A program made the position numbers and the translations under genes. 64,000 nt of DNA from Squalus acanthias (taxonomy: Eukaryota). The DNA is taken from NCBI GenBank assembly GCA_030390025.1, contig JASTWF010000033.1:5954001-6018000 (forward strand), given 5' to 3'. Shown piece by piece: positions 12,128 to 24,500 of this stretch; position 1 is the stretch's first letter, and every line of letters begins with the position of its first letter. The notes below the pieces were generated by a model, which made no database searches, was not told the DNA's origin, and worked only from the letters and a program-made list of their open reading frames with translations.

Positions 12128-12557
12128 TTCATGGGCAACACGGTGGCATAGTGGTTAGCACTGGTGCCTCACAGCGCCAGGGACCCGGGTTCGAATCTGA
12201 CCTCGGGTGACTGTCTGTGTGGAGTTTGCACATTCTCCCCGTGTCTGCGTGGGTTTCCTCCGGGTGCTCCGGTTTCCTCCCACAGTCCAAAAATGTGCGG
12301 GTTAGGTTGATTTGGCTATGATAAATTGACACTTAGTGTTAGGGGGGGATTAAATATGTGGGGTTATGGGGATAGGATGGGATATGTTAGCGGGAATTAA
12401 ATACGTGGGGTTACGGGGGTAGGGTGGGATATGTGTACTGTGGGGATTAAAGCAGGGACAGGGTACTGGACTTGGATGATCAGCCATGATCGTATTGAAT
12501 GGTGGAGCAGGCTCGAATGGCCTACTCCTGCTCCTAGATTCTATGTTTCTATGTTTT
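12128..12557 (+). mobile_element. tRNA-derived V-SINE (HE1-like) with CR1-derived 3' tail, copy 1
   Basis: Box A TGGCATAGTGG, box B GGTTCGAATC, V-domain-like GTGTGGAGTTTGCACATTCTCCCCGTGTCTGCGTGGGTTTCCTCCGGGTGCTCCGGTTTCCTCCCACAGTCCAAA. The tail matches the CR1 at 3358-3474. TTAA flanks both ends (12124-12127, 12558-12561). Confidence 0.92.
12144..12197 (+). promoter_or_regulatory. Internal RNA polymerase III promoter of the SINE (box A 12144-12154, box B 12188-12197)
   Basis: Matches TRGCNNAGTGG and GGTTCGANNC at tRNA-like spacing. The same boxes occur in copy 2 at +16869. Confidence 0.85.
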
Positions 12558-15500
12558 TTAACTGTAACTTTATTCCCCGGTGCAGAGGATACCATGTGTA
12601 AATTAACAATTAACTTTAACTTTATTCACTGCTGTCGAGGATATCTTTTGTAAATTAACAATTAACTGTACCTTTATTCCCCGGTGTAGAGGATACCATG
12701 TGTAAATTATCAAATAACTGTAACTTTTTTCCCCGGTGTGGAGGATACCATGTGTAAATTAACAAATAACTGTAACTTTATTCCCCGGTGTGGAGGATAC
12801 CATGTGTAAATTAACAAATAACTGTAACTTTATTCCCCGGTGTGGAGGATACCATGTGTAAATTAACAAATAACTGTAACTTTATTCACTGCTGTAGAGG
12901 ATTTCATGTGTAATTTAACAATTAACTGTAATTTTAATACCTGGTGTAGAGGATATCATGTTTAAATTAACAATTGACTGTAACTTTATCCCCTGGTGTA
13001 GAGGATATCATGTTTAAATTAACAATTGAATGTAACTTCATTTCCCGCTGTAGAGGATACCATGTGTAAATTAAGAATTAACTGTAACTTTAGTCACTGG
13101 TGCGGAGGATACAACGTGTAAATTAACAATTAACTGTAACTTTGTTCACTGCTGTCGAGTATATCATGTGTAAATTACCAATTAACTGTAACTTAATTCC
13201 CCGGTGTAGAGGAAACCATGTGTAAATTAACAATTAACTGTAAATTTATTTCGGGGTGTGGTGGACACCATGTGTAAATTACCAATTAACTGTACCTTTA
13301 TTCCCCGGTGTAGAGGATACCATGTGTAAAATTAAAATTAAATGTACCTTTATTCCCCGGTGTAGAGGATACCATGTGTAAATTAACAATGCACTGTTAC
13401 TTTATTCCCCGGTGTGGTGGATACCATGTGTAAATTAACAATTAACTGGACCTTTATTGCCCGGTGTAGAGGTTACAAGGTGTAAAGTAACAATTAACTG
13501 TAAATTTATTCCCCGGAGTAGAGGATACAATGTGTAAATTAACGAATATCTGTAACTTTATTCCCCATTGTAGAGGATAGCATGTGTAAATTAACAATTA
13601 ACTGTAACTTATTCACTGGTGTGGACGATACCATGTCTAAATTAAGAATTAACAGTAACGTCATTCCCCGGTGTAGAGGATACAATGTTTAAATTAACAA
13701 TTAACTGTAACTTTATTCCACGGTGCAGAGGATACCATGTGTAAAAAAACAATTAACTGTAACTTTATTCACTGGTGTAGAGGAAACAATGTGTAAATTA
13801 ACAATTAACTGAAACTTTATTCACTGCCTCAGAGGATACCATGTGTAAATTAACAATTAACTGTAACTTTATTCCCCGGTGTGGAGGATACCATGTGTAA
13901 ATTAACAATTAACTGTAACTTTATTCACTGCTGTAGAGGATATCTTTTGTAAATTAACAATTAACTGTAACTTTATTCCCCGGTGTGGAGGATACCATAT
14001 GTAAATTAACAGTTAACTGTAACGTTATTCCCCGGTGTAGAGGATATCATGCGTAAATTAACAATTAACTGCACCTTTATTCCCCGGTGCAGAGGTTACA
14101 ATGTGTAAATTAACAGTTAACTGTAACATTATTCACTGGTGAAAAGGATCCTATGTTTAATTTAACAATTAAAGGTAACTTTATTCCCCGTTGTAGGGGA
14201 TAGCATGTGTAAATTAACAATTAACTGTAACTTTATTCACTGGTGTGGACGATACCATGTCTAAATTAACAATTAACTGTAACATCATTCCCCGGTGTAG
14301 AGGATACAACGTGTAAATTAACAATTACCTTTAAATTTTTTCACTGCTGTCGAGGGTATCTTTTGTAAATTAACAATTAAATGTAACTTTATTCCCCGGT
14401 GCAGAGGATACAGTGAAAAAATTTACAATTAACTGTAACATTATTCCCCGGTGTGGAGGATACCATATGTAAATTAACAGTTAACTGTAACTTTCTTCCC
14501 CAATATAGAGGACACCATGTGTAAATTAACAATTAACTTAAACTTTCTTCCCCAATATAGAGGACATCATGTGTAAATTAACAATTAACTTTAATTTTCT
14601 TCCCCAATATAGAGGACACCATGTGTAAATTAACAATTAACTTTAACTTTCTTCCCCAATATAGAGGACACCATGTGTAAATTAACAATTAACTTTAACT
14701 TTCTTCCCCAATATAGAGGACACCATGTGTAAATTAACAATTAACTTTTACTTTATTCCCAGGTGTAGAGGATACCATGTGTAAATTCACAATTAACGGT
14801 AACTTTATTCCTCGGTGTCGGGATTACTATGTGTAAATTAACAATTAACTGTAACTTTATTCCTCGGTGTCGGGAATACTATGTGTAAATTAACAATTAA
14901 CTGTAACTTTATTCACTGCTGTAGAGGATACCATGCGAAAATTTACAATTAACTGTAACTTTATTCCCCGGTGCAGAGGATACCATGTGTAAATTAACAG
15001 TTAACTGTAACTTTATTCCCCGGTGTAGAGGATACCATGTGTAAATTAACACTTAACTGTAACTTTATTCACTGCTGTAGAGGATTTCATGTGTAATTTA
15101 ACAATTAACTGTAATTTAAATCCCTGGTGCAGAGGATATCATGTTTAAATTAACAATTGACTGTAACGTTATCCCCCGGTGTAGAGGATACCCTGTTTAA
15201 ATTAACAATTAACTGTAACTTCATTTCCCGGTGTGGAGAATATCATTTGTAAATTAAGAATTAACTGTAACTTTAGTCACTGGTGCGGAGGAAAGCATGT
15301 GTAAATTTACAATTAACTGTAACTTTATTAACTGGTGTGGAGGATACAACGTGTAAATTAACGAATAACTGTAACTTTATTCACTGCTGCAGAGGATACT
15401 ATGTGTAAATTAACATTTAACTGTGACGTTATTACCTGGTGAAAAGGATACCATGTGTAAATTAACAATTAACTTTAACTTTATTCACTGCTGTCGAGGA

Positions 15501-18500
15501 TATCTTTTGAAAATTAACAATTAACTGTAACTTTATTCCCCGGTGTAAAGGACACCATTTGTAAATTAACAATTAACTTTAACTTTATTCACTGCTGTAG
15601 AGGATACCATATGTAAATTAACAGTTAACTGTAACGTTATTCCCTGGTGTAAAGGATATCATGCGTAAATTAACAATTAACTGTAACTTTCTTCCCCAAT
15701 ATAGTGGACACCATGTGTAAATTAACAATAATCTGTAACTTTATTCCCTGGTGTAGAGGATACCATGTGTAAATTACGAATTCACTGTAAATTATTCCGC
15801 GATGTAGAGGATAACATGTGTAAACTAACAATTAACTGTAACTTTATTTACCGGTGTAGAGAATACCATGTGTAAATTAACAATTAACTGTAACTTTATT
15901 CCACGGTGTAGAGGATACCATGTGTAAATTAACAATTAACTGTAACTTTATTCCCCGGTGTGGAGGATACCATATGTAAATTAACAGTTAACTGTAACTT
16001 TCTTCCCCAATATAGAGGACACCATGTGTAAATTAACAATTAACTTTAACTTTCTTCCCCAATATAGAGGACACCATGTGTAAATTAACAATTAACTTTA
16101 ACTTTCTTCCCCAATATAGAGGACACCATGTGTAAATTAACAATTAACTTTTACTTTATTCCCAGGTGTAGAGGATACCATGTGTAAATTCACAATTAAC
16201 GGTAACTTTATTCCTCGGTGTCGGGAATACTATGTGTAAATTAACAATTAACTGTAACTTTATTCACTGCTGTAGAGGATACCATGCGAAAATTTACAAT
16301 TAACTGTAACTTTATTCCCCGGTGCAGAGGATACCATGTGTAAAATTAAAATTAAATGTACCTTTATTCCACGGTGTAGAGGATACCATGTGTAAATTAA
16401 CAATTAACTTTAACTTTATTCACTGCTGTCGAGGATATCTTTTGTAAATTAACAATTAACTGTACCTTTATTCCCCGGTGTAGAGGATACCATGTGTAAA
16501 TTAACAATTAACTTTAACTTTATTCACTGCTGTCGAGGATATCTTTTGTAAATTAACAATTAACTGTACCTTTATTCCCCGGTGTAGAGGATACCATGTG
16601 TAAATTATCAAATAACTGTAACTTTTTTCCCCGGTGTGGAGGATACCATGTGTAAATTAACAAATAACTGTAACTTTATTCCCCGGTGTGGAGGATACCA
16701 TGTGTAAATTAACAAATAACTGTAACTTTATTCCCCGGTGTGGAGGATACCATGTTTAAATTAACAAATAACTGTAACTTTATTCCCCGGTGTGGAGGAT
16801 ACCATGTGTAAATTAACAAATAACTGTAACTTTATTCACTGCTGTAGAGGATTTCATGTTTAAATTAACAATTGAATGTAACTTCATTTCCCGCTGTAGA
16901 GGATACCATGTGTAATTTAACAATTAACTGTAATTTTAATACCTGGTGTAGAGGATATCATGTTTAAATTAACAATTGACTGTAACTTTATCCCCTGGTG
17001 TAGAGGATATCATGTTTAAATTAACAATTGAATGTAACTTCATTTCCCGCTGTAGAGGATACCATGTGTAAATTAAGAATTAACTGTAACTTTGTTCCCT
17101 GGTGTGGTGGATAACATGTGTAAAATTAACAATTAACTGTAACTTTATTCACTGCTGTCGAGTATATCATGTGTAAATTACCAATTAACTGTAACTTAAT
17201 TCCCCGGTGTAGAGGAAACCATGTGTAAATTAACAATTAACTGTAAATTTATTTCGGGGTGTGGTGGACACCATGTGTAAATTACCAATTAACTGTACCT
17301 TTATTCCCCGGTGTAGAGGATACCATGTGTAAAATTAAAATTAAATGTACCTTTATTCCACGGTGTAGAGGATACCATGTGTAAATTAACAATGAACTGT
17401 TACTTAATTCCCCGGTGTGGTGGATACCATGTGTAAATTACCAATTAACTGTTACTTAATTCCCCGGTGTAGAGGATACAAGGTGTAAAGTAACAATTAA
17501 CTGTAACTTTATTCCCCGGAGTAGAGGATACAATGTGTAAATTAACGAATATCTGTAACTTTATTCCCCATTGTAGAGGATAGCATGTGTAAATTAACAA
17601 ATAACTGTAACTTTATTCACTGGTGTGGACGATACCATGTCTAAATTAACAATTAACAGTAACGTCATTCCCCGGTGTAGAGGATACAATGTTTAAATTA
17701 ACAATTAACTGTAACTTTACTCCATGGTGCAGAGTATACCATGTGTAAAAAAACAATTAACTGTAACTTTATTCACTGGTGTAGAGGAAACAATGTGTAA
17801 ATTAACAATTAACTGAAACTTTATTCACTGCCTCAGAGGATACCATGTGTAAATTAACAATTAACTGTAACTTTATTCCCTGGTGTAGAGGATACTATGT
17901 GTAAATTATCATTTAACTGTGACGTTATTCCCTGGTGTAGAGGATACCATGTGTAAATTAACAATTAACTTTAACTTTATTCACTGCTGTCGAGGATATC
18001 TTTTGTAAATTAACAATTAACTGTAACTTTATTCACTGGTTTGGACGATACCATGTCTAAATTAACAATTAACTGTAACGTTATTCCCCGGTGTAGAGGA
18101 TATCATGTGTAAATTAACAATTAACTGTAACTTTATTAAATTTTGCAGAGGTTACCATGTGTAAATTAATAATTAACTGTAACATTATTCCCCGGTGTAG
18201 AGGATACCATGTGTAAATTAACAATTAACTGCACCAATATTCCCCGGTGTCGAGGTTACAATGTGTAAATTAATAGTTAACTGTAACATTATTCCCCGGT
18301 GAAAAGGATCCTATGTTTAATTTAACAATTAAAGGTAACTTTATTCCCCGGAGTAGAGGATACAATGTGTAAATTCACGAATATCTGCAACTTTGTTCCC
18401 CGTTGTAGAGGATAGCATGTGTAAATTAACAATTAACTGTAACTTTATTCACTGCTGTCGAGTATATCATGTGTAAATTACCAATTAACTGTAACTTAAT

Positions 18501-21500
18501 TCCCCGGTGTAGAGGAAACCATGTGTAAATTAACAATTAACTGTAAATTTATTTCGGGGTGTGGTGGACACCATGTGTAAATTACCAATTAACTGTACCT
18601 TTATTCCCCGGTGTAGAGGATACCATGTGTAAAATTAAAATTAAATGTACCTTTATTCCCCGGTGTAGAGGATACCATGTGTAAATTAACAATGCACTGT
18701 TACTTTATTCCCCGGTGTGGTGGATACCATGTGTAAATTAACAATTAACTGTAAATTTATTCCCCGGAGTAGAGGATACAATGTGTAAATTAACGAATAT
18801 CTGTAACTTTATTCCCCATTGTAGAGGATAGCATGTGTAAATTAACAATTAACTGTAACTTTATTCACTGGTGTGGACGATACCATGTCTAAATTAAGAA
18901 TTAACAGTAACGTCATTCCCCGGTGTAGAGGATACAATGTTTAAATTCACAATTAACTGTAACTTTATTCCACGGTGCAGAGGATACCATGTGTAAAAAA
19001 ACAATTAACTGTAACTTTATTCACTGGTGTAGAGGAAACAATGTGTAAATTAACAATTAACTGAAACTTTATTCACTGCCTCAGAGGATACCATGTGTAA
19101 ATTAACAATTAACTGTAACTTTATTCCCCGGTGTGGAGGATACCATGTGTAAATTAACAATTAACTGTAACTTTATTCACTGCTGTAGAGGATATCTTTT
19201 GTAAATTAACAATTAACTGTAACTTAATTCCCCGGTGCAGAGGATACCATGTGTAAATTATCAATTAACTATACCGTTATTCCCCGGTGTAGAGGTTACA
19301 AGATGTAAAGTAACAATTAACTGTAACTTTATTCCCCGGTGTGGAGGATACCATATGTAAATTAACAGTTAACTGTAACGTTATTCCCCGGTGTAGAGGA
19401 TATCATGCGTAAATTAACAATTAACTGCACCTTTATTCCCCGGTGCAGAGGTTACAATGTGTAAATTAACAGTTAACTGTAACATTATTCACTGGTGAAA
19501 TGGATCCTATGTTTAATTTAACAATTAAAGGTAACTTTATTCCCCGTTGTAGGGGATAGCATGTGTAAATTAACAATTAACTGTAACTTTATTCACTGGT
19601 GTGGACGATACCATGTCTAAATTAACAATTAACTGTAACATCATTCCCCGGTGTAGAGGATACAACGTGTAAATTAACAATTACCTTTAAATTTTTTCAC
19701 TGCTGTCGAGGGTATCTTTTGTAAATTAACAATTAAATGTAACTTTATTCCCCGGTGCAGAGGATACAGTGAAAAAATTTACAATTAACTGTAACATTAT
19801 TCCCCGGTGTGGAGGATACCATATGTAAATTAACAGTTAACTGTAACTTTCTTCCCCAATATAGAGGACACCATGTGTAAATTAACAATTAACTTAAACT
19901 TTCTTCCCCAATATAGAGGACATCATGTGTAAATTAACAATTAACTTTAATTTTCTTCCCCAATATAGAGGACACCATGTGTAAATTAACAATTAACTTT
20001 AACTTTCTTCCCCAATATAGAGGACACCATGTGTAAATTAACAATTAACTTTAACTTTCTTCCCCAATATAGAGGACACCATGTGTAAATTAACAATTAA
20101 CTTTTACTTTATTCCCAGGTGTAGAGGATACCATGTGTAAATTCACAATTAACGGTAACTTTATTCCTCGGTGTCGGGATTACTATGTGTACATTAACAA
20201 TTAACTGTAACTTTATTCCTCGGTGTCGGGAATACTATGTGTAAATTAACAATTAACTGTAACTTTATTCACTGCTGTAGAGGATACCATGCGAAAATTT
20301 ACAATTAACTGTAACTTTATTCCCCGGTGCAGAGGATACCATGTGTAAATTAACAGTTAACTGTAACTTAATTCCCCGGTGTAGAGGAAACCATGTGTAA
20401 ATTAACAATTAACTGTAAATTTATTTCGGGGTGTGGTGGACACCATGTGTAAATTACCAATTAACTGTACCTTTATTCCCCGGTGTAGAGGATACCATGT
20501 GTAAAATTAAAATTAAATGTACCTTTATTCCCCGGTGTAGAGGATACCATGTGTAAATTAACAATGCACTGTTACTTTATTCCCCGGTGTGGTGGATACC
20601 ATGTGTAAATTAACAATTAACTGGACCTTTATTCCCCGGTGTAGAGGTTACAAGGTGTAAAGTAACAATTAACTGTAAATTTATTCCCCGGAGTAGAGGA
20701 TACAATGTGTAAATTAACGAATATCTGTAACTTTATTCCCCATTGTAGAGGATAGCATGTGTAAATTAACAATTAACTGTAACTTTATTCACTGGTGTGG
20801 ACGATACCATGTCTAAATTAAGAATTAACAGTAACGTCATTCCCCGGTGTAGAGGATACAATGTTTAAATTCACAATTAACTGTAACTTTATTCCACGGT
20901 GCAGAGGATACCATGTGTAAAAAAACAATTAACTGTAACTTTATTCACTGGTGTAGAGGAAACAATGTGTAAATTAACAATTAACTGAAACTTTATTCAC
21001 TGCCTCAGAGGATACCATGTGTAAATTAACAATTAACTGTAACTTTATTCCCCGGTGTGGAGGATACCATGTGTAAATTAACAATTAACTGTAACTTTAT
21101 TCACTGCTGTAGAGGATATCTTTTGTAAATTAACAATTAACTGTAACTTTATTCCCCGGTGTGGAGGATACCATATGTAAATTAACAGTTAACTGTAACG
21201 TTATTCCCCGGTGTAGAGGATATCATGCGTAAATTAACAATTAACTGCACCTTTATTCCCCGGTGCAGAGGTTACAATGTGTAAATTAACAGTTAACTGT
21301 AACATTATTCACTGGTGAAAAGGATCCTATGTTTAATTTAACAATTAAAGGTAACTTTATTCCCCGTTGTAGGGGATAGCATGTGTAAATTAACAATTAA
21401 CTGTAACTTTATTCACTGGTGTGGACGATACCATGTCTAAATTAACAATTAACTGTAACATCATTCCCCGGTGTAGAGGATACAACGTGTAAATTAACAA

Positions 21501-24500
21501 TTACCTTTAAATGTTTTCACTGCTGTCGAGGGTATCTTTTGTAAATTAACAATTAAATGTAACTTTATTCCCCGGTGCAGAGGATACAGTGAAAAAATTT
21601 ACAATTAACTGTAACATTATTCCCCGGTGTGGAGGATACCATATGTAAATTAACAGTTAACTGTAACTTTCTTCCCCAATATAGAGGACACCATGTGTAA
21701 ATTAACAATTAACTTAAACTTTCTTCCCCAATATAGAGGACATCATGTGTAAATTAACAATTAACTTTAATTTTCTTCCCCAATATAGAGGACACCATGA
21801 GTAAATTAACAATTAACTTTAACTTTCTTCCCCAATATAGAGGACACCATGTGTAAATTAACAATTAACTTTAACTTTCTTCCCCAATATAGAGGACACC
21901 ATGTGTAAATTAACAATTAACTTTTACTTTATTCCCAGGTGTAGAGGATACCATGTGTAAATTCACAATTAACGGTAACTTTATTCCTCGGTGTCGGGAT
22001 TACTATGTGTAAATTAACAATTAACTGTAACTTTATTCCTCGGTGTCGGGAATATTATGTGTAAATTAACACTTAACTGTAACTTTATTCACTGCTGTAG
22101 AGGATTTCATGTGTAATTTAACAATTAACTGTAATTTAAATCCCTGGTGCAGAGGATATCATGTTTAAATTAACAATTGACTGTAACGTTATCCCCCGGT
22201 GTAGAGGATACCCTGTTTAAATTAACAATTAACTGTAACTTCATTTCCCGGTGTGGAGAATATCATTTGTAAATTAAGAATTAACTGTAACTTTAGTCAC
22301 TGGTGCGGAGGAAAGCATGTGTAAATTTACAATTAACTGTAACTTTATTAACTGGTGTGGAGGATACAACGTGTAAATTAACGAATAACTGTAACTTTAT
22401 TCACTGCTGCAGAGGATACTATGTGTAAATTAACATTTAACTGTGACGTTATTACCTGGTGAAAAGGATACCATGTGTAAATTAACAATTAACTTTAACT
22501 TTATTCACTGCTGTCGAGGATATCTTTTGAAAATTAACAATTAACTGTAACTTTATTCCCCGGTGTAAAGGATACCATTTGTAAATTAACAATTAACTTT
22601 AACTTTATTCACTGCTGTCGAGGATATCTTTTGTAAATTAACAATTAACTGTAACTTTATTCCCCGGTGTCGGGAATACTATGTGTAAATTAACAATTAA
22701 CTGTAACATTATTCACTGCTGTAGAGGATACCATATGTAAATTAACAGTTAACTGTAACGTTATTCCCTGGTGTAAAGGATATCATGCGTAAATTAACAA
22801 TTAACTGTAACTTTCTTCCCCAATATAGTGGACACCATGTGTAAATTAACAATAATCTGTAACTTTATTCCCTGGTGTAGAGGATACCATGTGTAAATTA
22901 CGAATTCACTGTAAATTATTCCGCGATGTAGAGGATAACATGTGTAAACTAACAATTAACTGTAACTTTATTTACCGGTGTAGAGAATACCATGTGTAAA
23001 TTAACAATTAACTGTAACTTTATTCCACGGTGTAGAGGATACCATGTGTAAATTAACAATTAACTGTAACTTTATTCCCCGGTGTAGAGGATACCATGTG
23101 TAAATTAAGAATTAACTGTAACTTTAGTCACTGGTGCGGAGGATACCATGTGTAAATTAACAATTAACTGTAACTTTATTCCCCGGTGTGGAGGATACAA
23201 CGTGTAAATTAACAATTAACTGTAACTTTGTTCCCTGGTGTGGTGGATAACATGTGTAAAATTAACAATTAACTGTAACTTTATTCACTGCTGTCGAGTA
23301 TATCATGTGTAAATTACCAATTAACTGTAACTTAATTCCCCGGTGTAGAGGAAACCATGTGTAAATTAACAATTAACTGTAAATTTATTTCGGGGTGTGG
23401 TGGACACCATGTGTAAATTACCAATTAACTGTACCTTTATTCCCCGGTGTAGAGGATACCATGTGTAAAATTAAAATTAAATGTACCTTTATTCCCCGGT
23501 GTAGAGGATACCATGTGTAAATTAAAAATGAACTGTTACTTTATTCCCCTGGTGTGGTGGATACCATGTGTAAATTAACAATTAACTGGACCTTTATTCC
23601 CCGGTGTAGAGGTTACAAGGTATAAAGTAACAATTAACTGTAAATTTATTCCCCGGAGTAGAGGATACAATGTGTAAATTAACGAATATCTGTAACTTTA
23701 TTCCCCATTGTAGAGGATAGCATGTGTAAATTAACAATTAACTGTAACTTTATTCACTGGTGTGGACGATACCATGTCTAAATTAAGAATTAACAGTAAC
23801 GTCATTCCCCGGTGTAGAGGATACAATGTTTAAATTAACAATTAACTGTAACTTTATTCCACGGTGCAGAGGATACCATGTGTAAAAAAACAATTAACTG
23901 TAACTGTATTCACTGGTGTAGAGGAAACAATGTGTAAATTAACAATTAACTGAAACTTTATTCACTGCCTCAGAGGATACCATGTGTAAATTAACAATTA
24001 ACTGTAACTTTATTCCCCGGTGTGGAGGATACCATGTGTAAATTAACAATTAACTGTAACTTTATTCACTGCTGTAGAGGATATCTTTTGTAAATTAACA
24101 ATTAACTGTAACTTTATTCCCCGGTGTGGAGGATACCATATGTAAATTAACAGTTAACTGTAACGTTATTCCCCGGTGTAGAGGATATCATGCGTAAATT
24201 AACAATTAACTGCACCTTTATTCCCCGGTGCAGAGGTTACAATGTGTAAATTAACAGTTAACTGTAACATTATTCACTGGTGAAAAGGATCCTATGTTTA
24301 ATTTAACAATTAAAGGTAACTTTATTCCCCGTTGTAGGGGATAGCATGTGTAAATTAACAATTAACTGTAACTTTTTTCACTGGTGTGGACGATACCATG
24401 TCTAAATTAACAATTAACTGTAACATCATTCCCCGGTGTAGAGGATACAACGTGTAAATTAACAATTACCTTTAAATTTTTTCACTGCTGTCGAGGGTAT

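Noticed and set aside
12133..12205. tRNA gene (also considered at 55117-55205)
   Set aside because: Only box A/B similarity, with no convincing full cloverleaf. It continues into a retroposon body instead of a T-run terminator.
12129..12595. ORFs of 67 and 81 aa, repeated at 28998-29464
   Set aside because: Antisense translations of the SINE and adjacent satellite.
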